Position numbers and translations under genes: made by a program. Positions 1 through 12,377 of a DNA stretch of 64,000 nt are shown here, one piece after another. Each line of letters opens with the position of its first letter. The stretch's first letter is position 1. A model generated the notes under the pieces. The model saw only the letters and a list, made by a program, of their open reading frames with translations. It was not told where the DNA came from and searched no databases. This stretch comes from Narcine bancroftii (lineage: Eukaryota), in NCBI RefSeq assembly GCF_036971445.1, contig NC_091470.1, positions 65,658,001-65,722,000 on the forward strand, in the 5' to 3' direction.

Positions 1-606
1 TGTACACTTTCAAACTTAAAACCGTGCAAGATCAGCTGCCTGTGGATGATTCATCACAACTTTATTATTAAATATTGCTTCCTATTACGGCAATACACAT
101 TTCCTGTAGGTGCTCCATCCTTTGACGTTGATTAGGATTATAGTTTTGCACTCATAACAAAGGATTTGTCCCTCAGATTTAACAGAGACTTATTAACTGT
201 GGCACACTGACTTTGCCTAGTTGCATTATGATGAGACACCTGGACACCAAAGAGGAATACATCAGGATGCTCATTATTGTCCATAGTTCTGCGTTCCACA
301 CCATCGTCCCCTCAAAAATTGATCAGCAAACTCAGCCTGGCCCGCAGGAAAAAGAATCTCAGGATTGTATTTGATGTCATGTGTGTACTCAGACAAGAAA
401 TTTGAGCTTGAACTTGATTACTTAATAATGCAGGATTGAATAATTTTCTTTTTAAAAAAAAAACATTTTGGCACCTCAGCATCATTTAACAATATTACTT
501 CCTTGACTTTACTTTCCATTTCAAAAATTTTAATTTGATTCTGCCAAAGTTATGTTTTTAAACTTAATTGTGGCTGAAAGTTTTGATAATAATTATTTTG
601 TGTTAC

Positions 607-774
607 CTTGTTTAGCTGTGAAAATCTTTGTACTTGCTTTGGCTTTCTGAACAGCAGACTTCATCTTCTGTTGAACCTGAACATCCTTAGACATTGGTAC
701 TGGGGCAGATTTGCGAGGTGCTGGGGTCTGCAGTGAACATCCTATGCCAAATGCACCAGGATAACTCTGATAAA
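607..774 (-). CDS. KIAA0586: KIAA0586 coding exon 8 (168 nt, ...SLQTPAPRKSAPVPMSKD...)
   Basis: matches human PLETPAPRRFAPVPVSRD; tttcag acceptor, AAG|GTAACA donor, phase 1->1; gene continues past position 1. Confidence 0.9.
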
Positions 775-2169
775 CTGAAATTAAAGCCAGAACTTAATTG
801 CTTGACAAATTCCCTTGAATGTCGTGCTGCAGCAAATCCCATTGTCATGGCAAATACTGACTGGGTATGATAAACCACCCCCAGAATGTAATTATGGCCA
901 CAAGATTCCAAACCCTTACCATTTAAATCATGCATCTTTCACCACCTTATCCTTCATCTTATAGAGTTCAATCTCATTGTTTGCAAAAAAATGTACTTAA
1001 AACTTTGGTCTTTCATTACCAAGATAGAATATATATCCAAGGTATTAAACTTCTGAAAGTTGTTTACTCTTTCTATTGCCTTCTAATTATGGCATGTTGT
1101 TATTTCTGTATCAGGTCAAAAAACAACATGCCAACTTTAATGAAAAATGTTATGTGACTGTTAAATGTGAGATTATAATTCTGGAAAGAACAAAAATCCC
1201 TCATTTTACTATAACCATAACCATTATTACTACCATTACTTAGAACAAAAATAAATGCTCTTATATAACTTTAATTTTCACAATGAGAAATTACCATTTG
1301 TTTATAATAACGAAAAATAGTCACCCTGAGTAGTCCTGTAACCATAGCATCATGAGCAGTTTTTCAAATGATAAATCTTCCATATTGATGTAACAGGAAT
1401 CACATTTTAATCAGAAAATTAATACAGAAAACACAAAGTAATTAAGGTTTTTATTCTTATTACACTGTAAACATATTATCACACCTATTAACAATTTTCC
1501 ATTTTGCAAACCAAGGAAGTGAACTCCAGTCATCAAATCTTGATTTGAGGCAAGATGGAATTCTTACTAACAGCTCACTTTAACAACTTAACTTGAAAGC
1601 CAACTATAACTTTTAGGCTCATTGCAACATTAAAATTGCAATATTCTGTAATCATCAAAGCAGGCAATTTTATTCAACAAAATGAATGTGTTCACAACGC
1701 TAAGATATATCAAAATCAATGTTTCATTTGGAATTCTGGAAAATAATTGAAATCATAGTTCATCAAACAAGCTTATATTCAAAAGTGAAATGCAAATAAT
1801 ATTCATTGATGTTTATGTTTATGGAATGGCAAGTCTGCCATGCAAAGAGAGGTCAAGTAGACCTGGACTGTATTTAGGGTACAGAAGAATGAGAGGAGAT
1901 GCATTTGATGACCCAAATGCAAGAAGGATATTCCCAGATTGAGGACTCAAGTCTAATGAACATTAAAACAACATTTGGGTTTCAAAAGTGATTTTTTTTC
2001 CCTCAGTAATATCATTCCAGCACACAAAAACTGTGGTTGCATTGGAGAGAGGGCAGGTGATTCAACAGGAGCTTGCATGGATTGGAAAACTAGTTCAGGA
2101 AGAAATTGCACAGGCTGGGGTTGATTTCCCGGAGAGAAAAAAGCTGAGGAGTTACTTGATAAAGGTATA

Positions 2170-2655
2170 TCGAGATGGCAGAGGTCGACAGCATCGAGTC
2201 CACGCTGCTGAAGATCCAGCTGCGCTGGATGGGTCACGTCTCCAGAATGGAGGACCATCGCCTTCCCAAGATCGTATTATATGGCGAGCTCTCCACTGGC
2301 CACCGTGACAGAGGTGCACCAAAGAAAAGGTACAAGGACTGCCTAAAGAAATCTCTTGGTGCCTGCCACATTGACCACCGCCAGTGGGCTGATAACGCCT
2401 CAAACCGTGCATCTTGGCGCCTCACAGTTTGGCGGGCAGCAGCCTCCTTTGAAGAAGACCGCAGAGCCCACCTCACTGACAAAAGGCAAAGGAGGAAAAA
2501 CCCAACACCCAACCCCAACCAACCAATTTTCCCTTGCAACCGCTGCAATCGTGTCTGCCTGTCCCGCATCGGACTGGTCAGCCACAAACGAGCCTGCAGC
2601 TGACGTGGACTTTTTACCCCCTCCATAAATCTTCGTCCGCGAAGCCAAGCCAAAG
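2170..2655 (+). mobile_element. RTE-clade LINE, 5'-truncated young copy 1
   Basis: C-terminal ORF with CNRC...HKRAC zinc finger and ...GAAGCCAAGCCAAAGA tail; ~99% identical to the other copies; inserted in an old CR1 fragment, no long TSD. Confidence 0.93.
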
Positions 2656-2812
2656 ATTAAATTATAAAAGGTCAAGTTAGGTTATATATTCTGAATATTT
2701 CCCCCATGAAAGAGGGATCGAAAAAACAAGAGGACATCATTTTAAAGTGATAGGAAGGTACTTGAAAGGGATTTGAGACGAAAGGTGTGTAATCAACATT
2801 TACTCTTCTCAC

Positions 2813-3014
2813 CTTTAGTTGCTGTGGAGATGTCAGATGGCACATCTCTGTATGGAACGGGATTGATATTATTGCTCGGCAACTGCTGGGGTTCTGGATT
2901 CAGTGTCCGTGATGTAGTACACATTGCTGAACCTTTCAGCAATGTGTCAGAGTGTGCAGGGAACACATCATCAGGGCAAATTTTGCTTGTGAATGCAGAG
3001 GTGAACATATGCGA
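2813..3014 (-). CDS. KIAA0586: KIAA0586 coding exon 7 (202 nt, SHMFTSAFTSK...STATK)
   Basis: start resembles human THFISAALKTS; strong polypyrimidine/ttcag acceptor, AAG|GTGAGA donor, phase 0->1. Confidence 0.82.
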
Positions 3015-3429
3015 CTGAAGGACAGACAAAAAAAATTAAAGCATTAATAGCCACTAATCAATGATTCTTTGATCTCAGAAAGACAAATTGTATGAGCAAA
3101 CATGAAGCAATATTTAGGAAATTATACATTTATCATAGTAGCCCAAGGCTTCTTAAATAATAATTATAATATTAATTCTGACTAGCGACATACTCAGTTA
3201 TATATTGTTCTGTTTATCCACATTTGTGGTGTTTGTTTATCAGAGTCGGTCTTCACAATATTGTGATAAATGAAGAATATTTTGATTTTATCCCCAGAAG
3301 CTTTCAGGATATTGATGTGAAATACCTAACCTCAACAAAGGCATTTGATGGTCTTGTCACTTATGATGTGCTCCCATAGTCAATGTACAACATCATTGAA
3401 CCATTTGTTTACATCCTAAATATCAAAGT

Positions 3430-5708
3430 GGGGAGCTGGCTGATGGAGGACCTCAGTTTTCTTCAGGCTGACTTCCAGGCCAAACATTTTGGCAGTTTCC
3501 GCAAAGCAGGACGTCAAGCGCTGAAGAGCTGGCTCTGAATGGGCAACTAAAGCGGCATCATCTGCAAAGAGTAGTTCACGGACAAGTTTCTCTTGTGTCT
3601 TGGTGTGAGCTTGCAGGCGCCTCAGATTGAAGAGACTGCCATCCGTGCGGTACCGGATGTAAACAGCGTCTTCATTGTTGGGGTCTTTCATGGCTTGGTT
3701 CAGCATCATGCTGGAGAAGATTGAAAAGAGGGTTGGTGCGAGAACACAGCCTTGCTTCACGCCATTGTTAATGGAGAAGGATTCAGAGAGCTCATTGCTG
3801 TATCTGACCCGACCTTGTTGGTTTTCGTGCAGTTGGATAATCATGTTGAGGAACTTTGGGGGACATCCGATGCGCTCTAGTATTTGCCAAAGCCCTTTCC
3901 TGCTCACGGTGTCGAAGGCTTTGGTGAGGTCAACAAAGGTGATGTAGAGTCCTTTGTTTTGTTCTCTGCACTTTTCTTGGAGCTGTCTGAGGGCAAAGAC
4001 CATGTCAGTGGTTCCTCTGTTTGCGCGAAAGCCGCACTGTGATTCTGGGAGAATATTCTCAGCGACACTAGGTATTATTCTATTTAGTAGAATCCTAGCG
4101 AAGATTTTGCCTGCAATGGAGAGCAACGTGATTCCCCTGTAGTTTGAGCAGTCTGATTTCTCGCCTTTGTTTTTGTACAGGGTGATGATGGTGGCATCAC
4201 GAAGATCCTGAGGCAGTTTACCTTGGTCCCAACAAAGCTTGAAAAACTCATGCAGTTTGGCATGCAGAGTTTTGCCGCCAGCCTTCCAGACTTCTGGGGG
4301 GATTCCATCCATACCTGCTGCTTTGCCACTTTTCAGTTGTTCGATTGCCTTATATGTCTCATCCAGGGTGGGAACCTCATCCAGCTCTAGCCTTAGGGGC
4401 TGTTGAGGGAGCTGGAGCAGGGCGGAATCTTGGACTGAGCGGTTGGTACTGAAAAGAGATTGGAAGTGTTCTGACCATCGGTTGAGGATGGAGATCTTGT
4501 CGCTGAGGAGGACTTTGCCGTCTGAGCTGCGCAGCGGGCTTTGGACTTGGGGTGAGGGGCCGTACACAGCCTTTAGAGCCTCGTAGAAACCCCTGAAGTC
4601 GCCAATGTCCGCGCTGAGCTGTGTTCGTTTGGCGAGGCTAGTCCACCACTCATTTTGGATCTCCCGGAGTTTGCGCTGAAGATGGCTGCATGCGCGACGG
4701 AAGGCTTGTTTCTTCTCTGGACAGGACGGCTTTGTAAGGTGAGCCTGGTGGGCAGCTCGCTTCTTTGCCAGCAGCTCCTGGATTTCCTGGCTGTTTTCGT
4801 CAAACCAGTCCTTGTTTTTCCTGGAGGAGAAGCCCAGTACCTCTTCAGTGGATTGCAGTATGGTAGCCCCACATCTCCATCGGGCACACAAAACTCAAAA
4901 CGGTCAACCAGTTTACCTATCTCGGCTGCACCATTTCATCAGATGCAAGGATCGACAATGAGATAGACAACAGACTCGCCAAGGCAAATAGCGCCTTTGG
5001 AAGACTACACAAAAGAGTCTGGAAAAACAACCAACTGAAAAACCTCACAAAGATAAGCGTATACAGAGCCGTTGTCATACCCACACTCCTGTTCGGCTCC
5101 GAATCATGGGTCCTCTACCGGCACCACCTACGGCTCCTAGAACGCTTCCACCAGCGTTGTCTCCGCTCCATCCTCAACATCCATTGGAGCGCTCACACCC
5201 CTAACGTCGAGGTACTCGAGATGGCAGAGGTCGACAGCATCGAGTCCACGCTGCTGAAGATCCAGCTGCGCTGGATGGGTCACGTCTCCAGAATGGAGGA
5301 CCATCGCCTTCCCAAGATCGTATTATATGGCGAGCTCTCCACTGGCCACCGTGACAGAGGTGCACCAAAGAAAAGGTACAAGGACTGCCTAAAGAAATCT
5401 CTTGGTGCCTGCCACATTGACCACCGCCAGTGGGCTGATAACGCCTCAAACCGTGCATCTTGGCGCCTCACAGTTTGGCGGGCAGCAGCCTCCTTTGAAG
5501 AAGACCACAGAGCCCACCTCACTGACAAAAGGCAAAGGAGGAAAAACCCAACACCCAACCCCAACCAACCAATTTTCCCTTGCAACCGCTGCAATCGTGT
5601 CTGCCTGTCCCGCATCGGACTGGTCAGCCACAAACGAGCCTGCAGCTGACGTGGACTTTTTTACCCCCTCCATAAATCTTCGTCCGCGAAGCCAAGCCAA
5701 AGAAGAAG
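3430..5708. mobile_element. RTE-clade LINE copy 2 with 5' inversion (minus 3430-4866 RT domain; plus 4867-5708 3' end)
   Basis: RT motifs FVDLTKAFDTV, GVKQGCVLAP, LFADDAAL; 12-bp TSD AAATATCAAAGT at 3418-3429 and 5709-5720. Confidence 0.95.
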
Positions 5709-6555
5709 AAATATCAAAGTAACCATTGAAATTGCTTTAAGATCACTTGCACATTAGCTTGTGCTAAATAGAGTATAAATACACAAAAAGAGCTGCAGAT
5801 ACTCTTTTTTAATTTTTTTTTCAGTATTTTTATTGTCATTGAAATTTCACATCCAAAAATGAAGATATACAGATATATGTTAAAAGTCAAAAATATACAT
5901 TACACTTAAATCATATTATTTCATCCAAGGTACCCCACATTTTAATCAAATAGATTATATTGTACTGATATTTTATTATAGGAAGGAGAATCAAAACACA
6001 CTACCAAGAAACATGCTGGAGAAACTCAGCAGATCACGCTGCATCTATAGGAAGTAAAGGCAAATTTGGACTCACGCAGAAAACCGAATCACTCCAAACT
6101 TAAAATACATCAAGTTTGTTATATCTTTTAGATACAATGATAATAGCAAGCGATTTAAAGCAATTTTAATAGCTACTTTGATATTTAGGATGTTAACAAA
6201 TGGCTCAATAAAATTGTACATTGACAACAGGAGCACATCATAAATGGCAAGACCATCAAATGCCTCTGTTAAGGTGGGGTAGTTCATATTTAATATTCTT
6301 ATTTCATAAGACGTATAAAGTCCAAATATAATAAGATGCTGGTGTTTGTGGTCTGTGTCACAGCTACATATAAGGATACAAAATTTCCACTCTAATTTAT
6401 TGAAGGTACAGCGAACTTTTCTTCTTAACAAAGGAGAGGATAAGAAAATGAACTTGGGTGGTTTTCATCCAATATTACAGTCCTGATCTAAACATTACAA
6501 ATTCTTTTTATTCCATAATCTTGATTCTTTGATCATGAAAAATTAAAAAAACTAC

Positions 6556-6792
6556 CTGAAGCTCCAGCTGATGTTCTTGAATTTTTTCCAGATGGCTCAG
6601 TCGTTGATTCAACAGCATGCTTAACTGTGCCTCCAATTCTCTGACCCTTTCCGCATTTTCCTTGGACTGTGGGTCCTGAGTCAGAACTTTTGCTTCTTGT
6701 TCTGAAATCTGCTTTATTTGTTGATCTTTCTCCTGGAGTTTCGTCACCAACTCCGTTACTGTAGCAATCTTAGCTCCAAAATCACTCTGAAC
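6556..6792 (-). CDS. KIAA0586: KIAA0586 coding exon 6 (237 nt, coiled coil VQSDFGAKIATVTELVTKLQEKD...LSHLEKIQEHQLELQ)
   Basis: matches human [23 protein letters not shown]...IRHLEKLQQQQIDIQ; tatag acceptor, CAG|GTAGTT donor, phase 0->0. Confidence 0.93.
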
Positions 6793-7669
6793 CTATACAA
6801 TAAAATTCAAACAACTCAAAAGATATAGCAAATAGCTGAAAAATGTAATTATGCAGAGAAATCAGAGCATAATATCCAATTCTCAAATGAAACCCATTGA
6901 ATAATTTGGTTGCTTTTGAGGTTCATAGAATTCAATTTCTAAATTTTATTTTGGGATGTTGACTCCACAGTGAAAGTCACAGTACTTGTTCCTATTTTTA
7001 CAAAGCTAATGTTAGTAGGCCTAAAACTTGGGTTGCTGCAGTCAACATGCTAAATGACTTCCCAATATCAAATTTAAACCATATCCTGGAATTAATTCCC
7101 ACATTCTAGTTAGAGAGCATAAAGAATAGCTGACTATCTACTTTAAGAAGGTTGGAGTTGATGCCAACCCTGAAGTAAAAGCAAATGACAGCTTATCATC
7201 TTCCTTTGAGAGCACCAAACTACGAAATAGAACAGATGTGTGACAGCAAGGAGTCATCCAGTCTAGCCATCTGGGATATTTGTTTATCCAAAGAGCAGGC
7301 CTTCACAATACTTTCCCAAAATAGAGGCTCTTTGTGGATGAATTTTGTACTGTCGAACTGCTGAAAATATTGACATGCTGCAGTTGTTTGTTTTTAATGA
7401 TATGGGTATGGCTGCCTTCAACATTAGAAAGCAGGTGCTCGAGAGTTTAAAACTTGTTTCTTCATTTGAAAATGTGCTCTTAGTTGCACAATTTAATTTA
7501 AGTGACATAAGTACCACAAAGGAAGTGAAAATTGTTGTTCTGGTCAACAAAGGATGGTGCAAAAGCAGTGTTAGATCAAAAGGAATTTTATCTTAAAAAA
7601 CAGGATCCTTTGGCCACAGAATTACTACATTCAGGACAGGAGCTTCTATCAAGACAGAGCTACGACAAT

Positions 7670-8467
7670 AGGCTCTTTCACGCCAAGCCTCCACTTATAA
7701 GCACAGAGGGAAAAATATAAACACCTCTCATGGAGCAGCCCTAAAAGGCTGCTCTTGTGTCGCATTCATGTTAAGCGGCGCCTTGTAGTGCCCTCTGGAG
7801 TCGATGGAGGCAGGGTGACTGCTGCCAAAGTGCAACCCATCATAAATACGCAGCAGAACAATGGTCGTCTTCCCTACCCATAATCCCCCATGCATCTGGA
7901 ACCGCTCTGTGTTTCCCAGAACAGTTCCAGCTGCGTGCAGGATTATGGTAGGGAAGACAGCCATTGTTCTGTCATGTTTTGAGCTGCTGATGAGCAGCCC
8001 CAAAGGCCACAGACTGCACCAGACGTCCCCTAACAACCGCCCCCCTGACAGTTCCCGCTGGCCTTCCCTGACCTGATGGCTTCCGCCGACCACCCCTGAC
8101 CCTACAGCTCCTGCTGACCGCCCCAACACTGATGGCTCCTGCCCTGAAGGCTCCCGCCAGCCACCCCTATCCTGAGGGGGTCATGGAGGGAGAAGGGTGA
8201 GTGGGTGAGAGAGAGAGAGGGGAGATGGATCTCTGGCTGACGGCGTCATCACAACGTCATCAGCCCGCCCCTACCCAGTCGCTTGCAGCAGCATTACATA
8301 CATGTGAGGCAGCGGAGCACAGCTCTCTGCCGATGATCATTCCCAAGAGGGATTGCAGTCAGCACCTTGGAGCTGGCCAAGGTGCATTCATAGAGGTAAG
8401 TCTCCCGACGTAAGGGTGGAGAATCTCTGCCTTTACAGTCGGGCTTTTTCACTGTATGAAAGGGCCT
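7670..8467. mobile_element. PIF/Harbinger-like non-autonomous DNA transposon
   Basis: TIRs AGGCTCTTTCA / TGAAAGGGCCT, 3-bp TSD AAT on both sides, GC-rich interior. Confidence 0.65.
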
Positions 8468-9970
8468 AATGAGACACTGAGTCAGGAAGAGGGCTATCTG
8501 ATCATTCATCAGCAGAGATGTTTACTTAAGAACCAATGATATATAAACTTCTCTCGGGGAAGGGAACTGGTCAATCAGTTGCAGTCATATCTCATCAAAT
8601 GATTGAATTAGTGATCGCTGAGTTTTCTGTAAGTACAAAGAGTAAAATTAATTTCCACTTTTGGGACAATAGTGATGACAGACTACCAGATTTTCCTGAA
8701 CAATTCATGTAATTATATTAATATTAATGGTTTTTAGATATTACACAGTCAATATAATCATTTTCCCAGGGCTACTGTCTCACTAGAATTCAGAATTTCA
8801 GCAAAGTACTTGAACCAAAGGCCAGGTTCCAACCTCTCACCTTCACCAGATTATTTGTCCTGGCCCTTACTGTGACAAAAAAACCTGCTTAAGAGCCCAA
8901 TTCTGCTTTGATCACTTCCAGATTTGACAATTTCTATGCTCATCTGGCAACCTATTATTTTCCATCTATCAAATTACTCTGTAGTAGATGTCCTAAATTG
9001 TATCAAATCTTGAGCCTACAACTGTTACTATTCCATTCAGTGCCCCAATTTTAGAATTCAACTTGTGTTCAAATTCCTCAACCTCTTCCAACCATTTTCA
9101 GCTCCAATCTTACCATCTTTGTCCACTTCTCTCCCACTCAGTGACCTCACCAAAGGCTTTTATGACTTTTACCTTCAAGATGCTAACCTCGTGAACTTCT
9201 CAAGTCTCCGTAGGTCCTTTCACTTTCCTACCTAAATCTCTTTGACTCAAGTCCTCAGCGCCCAGTATATCTTTGAGACTTGTCAATATTTGTTCAAGTA
9301 CATTTCTACGAAGAGATTTGGAAAGTTTAGCAATTTAAAAAGTACAATATCATATTACTCATTTTAAATGACAAACAAATTGGGTGGTGTTCAAAATATT
9401 CCACTGTCCAGAAGTACTCCATTCTCTTCACCCCATTCCCCCATGATGGCTGGGGACTCAGTGATAAATAAATATTAATGAAATTACAGAGCCAAAGCAA
9501 GCACCATTCTGAAATCAACTGATTCTAATAAGTTGAACTCAGATACCACATTATTCCATGACATCTGGTCATCGCCCTGAGTAACACAAAGAGGAAGGAG
9601 TGGCTAGGGTGAGGAGAGAGATTGAGTTGGGTTGTGGGGAAGAGTGGGGTTGCTGTGCTTGAAAGATGGATCAGATTATCACTTCAGATAACAATCCATC
9701 AAATACTGTTGAAAATGTGTGTGCGTGAATGACAATGAATGGAGATTACAACAATGATTTCCGACGTTAATCGGTCTTCAATAAACACAATTTCTTGACT
9801 GATCCACAAAGAACCATCACGAGATATGCATCAGAGAAATTTACCATTCGTAGATGTTTCCATTTTAAAATGGCAAGAGGGAACAAAAATTAGAATAAAA
9901 GCTAAATTACAATTCCTGAAGTATTTGAACAGAATGGTGTGATGTTATACACTAATTCCTAGTACTCCAC

Positions 9971-10315
9971 TGCTATATCATGGCACGACTGAGTGTCCGG
10001 CAGTGTAACTGGATGGGTAGCCTTGGTTGACAGACAGCCTAAGAGAAGGAAAACTGGTTTCAAACTGGGCAGAAGGGGCTCGTTAGCCTTGTCAGGCCAT
10101 CCATCTAGGAGAAGGACACTCCAATGTAACACCTACGACCAGAGGACCTGACTGTCACTGTCCTAACTTGCTAGGCCGTGGCAGATAAACCCCACATGTA
10201 AAGACCAGTACTGTGCACACTGCACTCCACTTAAAAAAAATCCATTGTGTAGGCTCAAAAGACACGCCCATGTCTACGATCCTTGCTAAATCTTTGTTCG
10301 CAAAGCCAAGCCATG
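9971..10315 (+). mobile_element. Non-autonomous RTE-derived short retroelement (SINE-like)
   Basis: 3' end TAAATCTTTGTTCGCAAAGCCAAGCCA matches the RTE tail; two CTA(A/G)GAGAAGGA motifs typical of RTE 5' UTRs; TSD AGTA(C/T)TCCAC at 9961-70 and 10316-25. Confidence 0.65.
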
Positions 10316-11046
10316 AGTATTCCACAATCAAAGATTTGAAATATACCACATAAAAGCATTTTCAGTCCTTAAAATTTTCAAACAATGTAATGTGATTAAA
10401 CTGCCCATAACTAAGGCTTTATTTGCTAAGTTATTTTGTATTTCTTCCCATCCATCCTTCACACAGATCTTATCGCAACCTACAAAGGCTGTATGTTTTT
10501 GTAGATAACACCTGCAAATGCCATTCTGTAATTATTTCCTGAATGTTAAAGCACAGGCCAGCAACAGCACGAGAACTCAATATTTTAGAATTTACGATAA
10601 TCAAGTTCCACCACTTAATCACAGCAGAATCTCCCTGATGTCATTATGCAATTAAATATTATTTAATGATAAAACCTTGAGCAAAAAAAAATAAAATAAC
10701 AGTCAATGCCCAAAAAAGTAGGAATTGCTGTCAGCCAACTTTCACATTATTATATATTTAGTGATTCACTTAAAGATTTATTAAAATCATAATAAAAACT
10801 CAACTGAAACTGGATCATGTCCCTAGGTCATGATCAATGTCAGTTGCCTTTGTATTTCTTTATTTATATGGGAAAATGCCATTGTTTACTGGTCACTTAC
10901 AATAATTTTTGCATAAAAATACTAAGGCTTATGTTATGCAAGGCTCCGAATAATTCAGTTGCAATTTCCAGCATGCCATTTGTCATTACTAAAATAAAAA
11001 TCCACATAGTTACTATTAGAAATACATCATCTACTGATTCACCAAC

Positions 11047-11227
11047 CTGAAGCAGAGATGCAGTTGCAGCAATGGTTGCTGCAGTAGTAGCTGCTGTTGT
11101 AACAGTATTGGGGTAAAAGTCAGTCTTTCTGGCACTCTGTGTAAAAGATTCCTCATCTTCAAGAGGCTTCCGCAGAAACTGTACTTTCACATATTTTCCT
11201 TTTCCTCTGGGTCCACGTTGTATCCTT
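11047..11227 (-). CDS. KIAA0586: KIAA0586 coding exon 5 (181 nt, ...YVKVQFLRK...TVTTAATTAATIAATASLLQ)
   Basis: Thr/Ala tract matches human TTVAAATAAAIATAAPLIK; aatag acceptor, CAG|GTTGGT donor, phase 2->0. Confidence 0.9.
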
Positions 11228-11392
11228 CTATTTAGGCATGGTTTAAAAAAAAAGAACCAAAATTTTACATGAATCTTGAAATCTAATCAAATACATACCT
11301 ATCCAGCTGCAGCAAGTAAGAACTTTAGGGCATCCGTACTCTGTACCTATGTATGTAACTTTTTGAATCTAATGCTATTTTCCCTTTATTGT

Positions 11393-11962
11393 ACAGATAT
11401 ATACTCATGTAATCATCGAATTTTTTGGACTAATTTTTCGGTTCAAATTTGGCAGGGTGGGGGGGGGGGTCATACAGGTCAAACTTTTGACCGTGGTAAG
11501 TCCCTGGATACTTCAAAGTGTCGAGAGCTCGGATGGCTGGAAGCAGGTGGTGAGTCTGCAGTCAGGGCATTGGGAGCTATGGGCTGCCAAGGTCAAGGAG
11601 AGAGCTTGTGGCTGGGGCACCAGGAGCTTGAATGGGCAACCAGGGTGAGAGTCCGCCGACAAGGCATCAAGAGCTCTGGTGGGCAGGTGGCTGGTCAGGG
11701 CCTCATGAGCTCTGGTAGGCAGGCGACTGAGGCAAGGGTCTAGGATCAGGGCCTCAGGAGCTCCAGGAGCAGGTAGCCAAAGTGATGATCCACAATCGGG
11801 GTGTCGGGAGCTTGACTGGGTGGGTGGGTGGGCAGTCGAGACCAAAAACAGGAGGGGGTGTTGACTTTTACGTGGTTCATTCGAAAACACAAGATTTTTG
11901 GACCAAAAAAAGGGGAGGGTTGACTATAACATGGTATCAATAATTACCCAAATATTTATGGT
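11393..11962. mobile_element. Degenerate Tc1/mariner-pogo non-autonomous element with internal GC-rich tandem repeats
   Basis: ends resemble TA|CCGTATATACTCG...TATACGG|TA type TIRs; ~35-bp GAGCTCTGGT..GCAGG repeats inside. Confidence 0.5.
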
Positions 11963-12377
11963 ATGGTGTCCCTTTTCTAATGAGTGATGTGCACTTAATA
12001 TTGTATTTCTGAAATATTTTCACATTGTACATAGGGAGAGACATACAGAGTTGTGAACACAACTCAAACCATCACACAAACCCCCTCTCCCCTGCATCAA
12101 GCCCTCCTATAAGTCCCACTGTCTTGAAAAAGCAGCAAACCTATTAAAAATCATCCCATCCCAGCCACAATTTCTTCATCCTTCCCCCACTGATATTCAC
12201 AAGTATGAAATCACACATCAGCAGAATCAAGAACAGTTTCATTCTCACTGTTCGACTCTTGAATGAATCTCATATCAGTAAAACTATGCTGCTTTCACTC
12301 TGCACCAACTAATTTTTCTCTGTAACTCTACACTTCCATACTATGCTTTATTTGCTGTATTATGTATGGGATGATAA

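Noticed and set aside
1-105. Possible KIAA0586 exon 9 (CAG|GAAATGTG gives GNV...)
   Set aside because: The required frame reaches TGA after ~16 codons and there is no polypyrimidine tract; the true exon is probably beyond the window.
2175-2603. Recurrent 142-aa ORF and its overlapping alternative-frame ORFs as a host gene family
   Set aside because: It is the C-terminus of the RTE LINE ORF; the other frames recur only because the copies are nearly identical.
6072-6431. 119-aa ORF or C/D snoRNA in the inverted-repeat arm
   Set aside because: No recognisable protein similarity or splice context; the ATGATG is an imperfect C box with no convincing D box or terminal stem.
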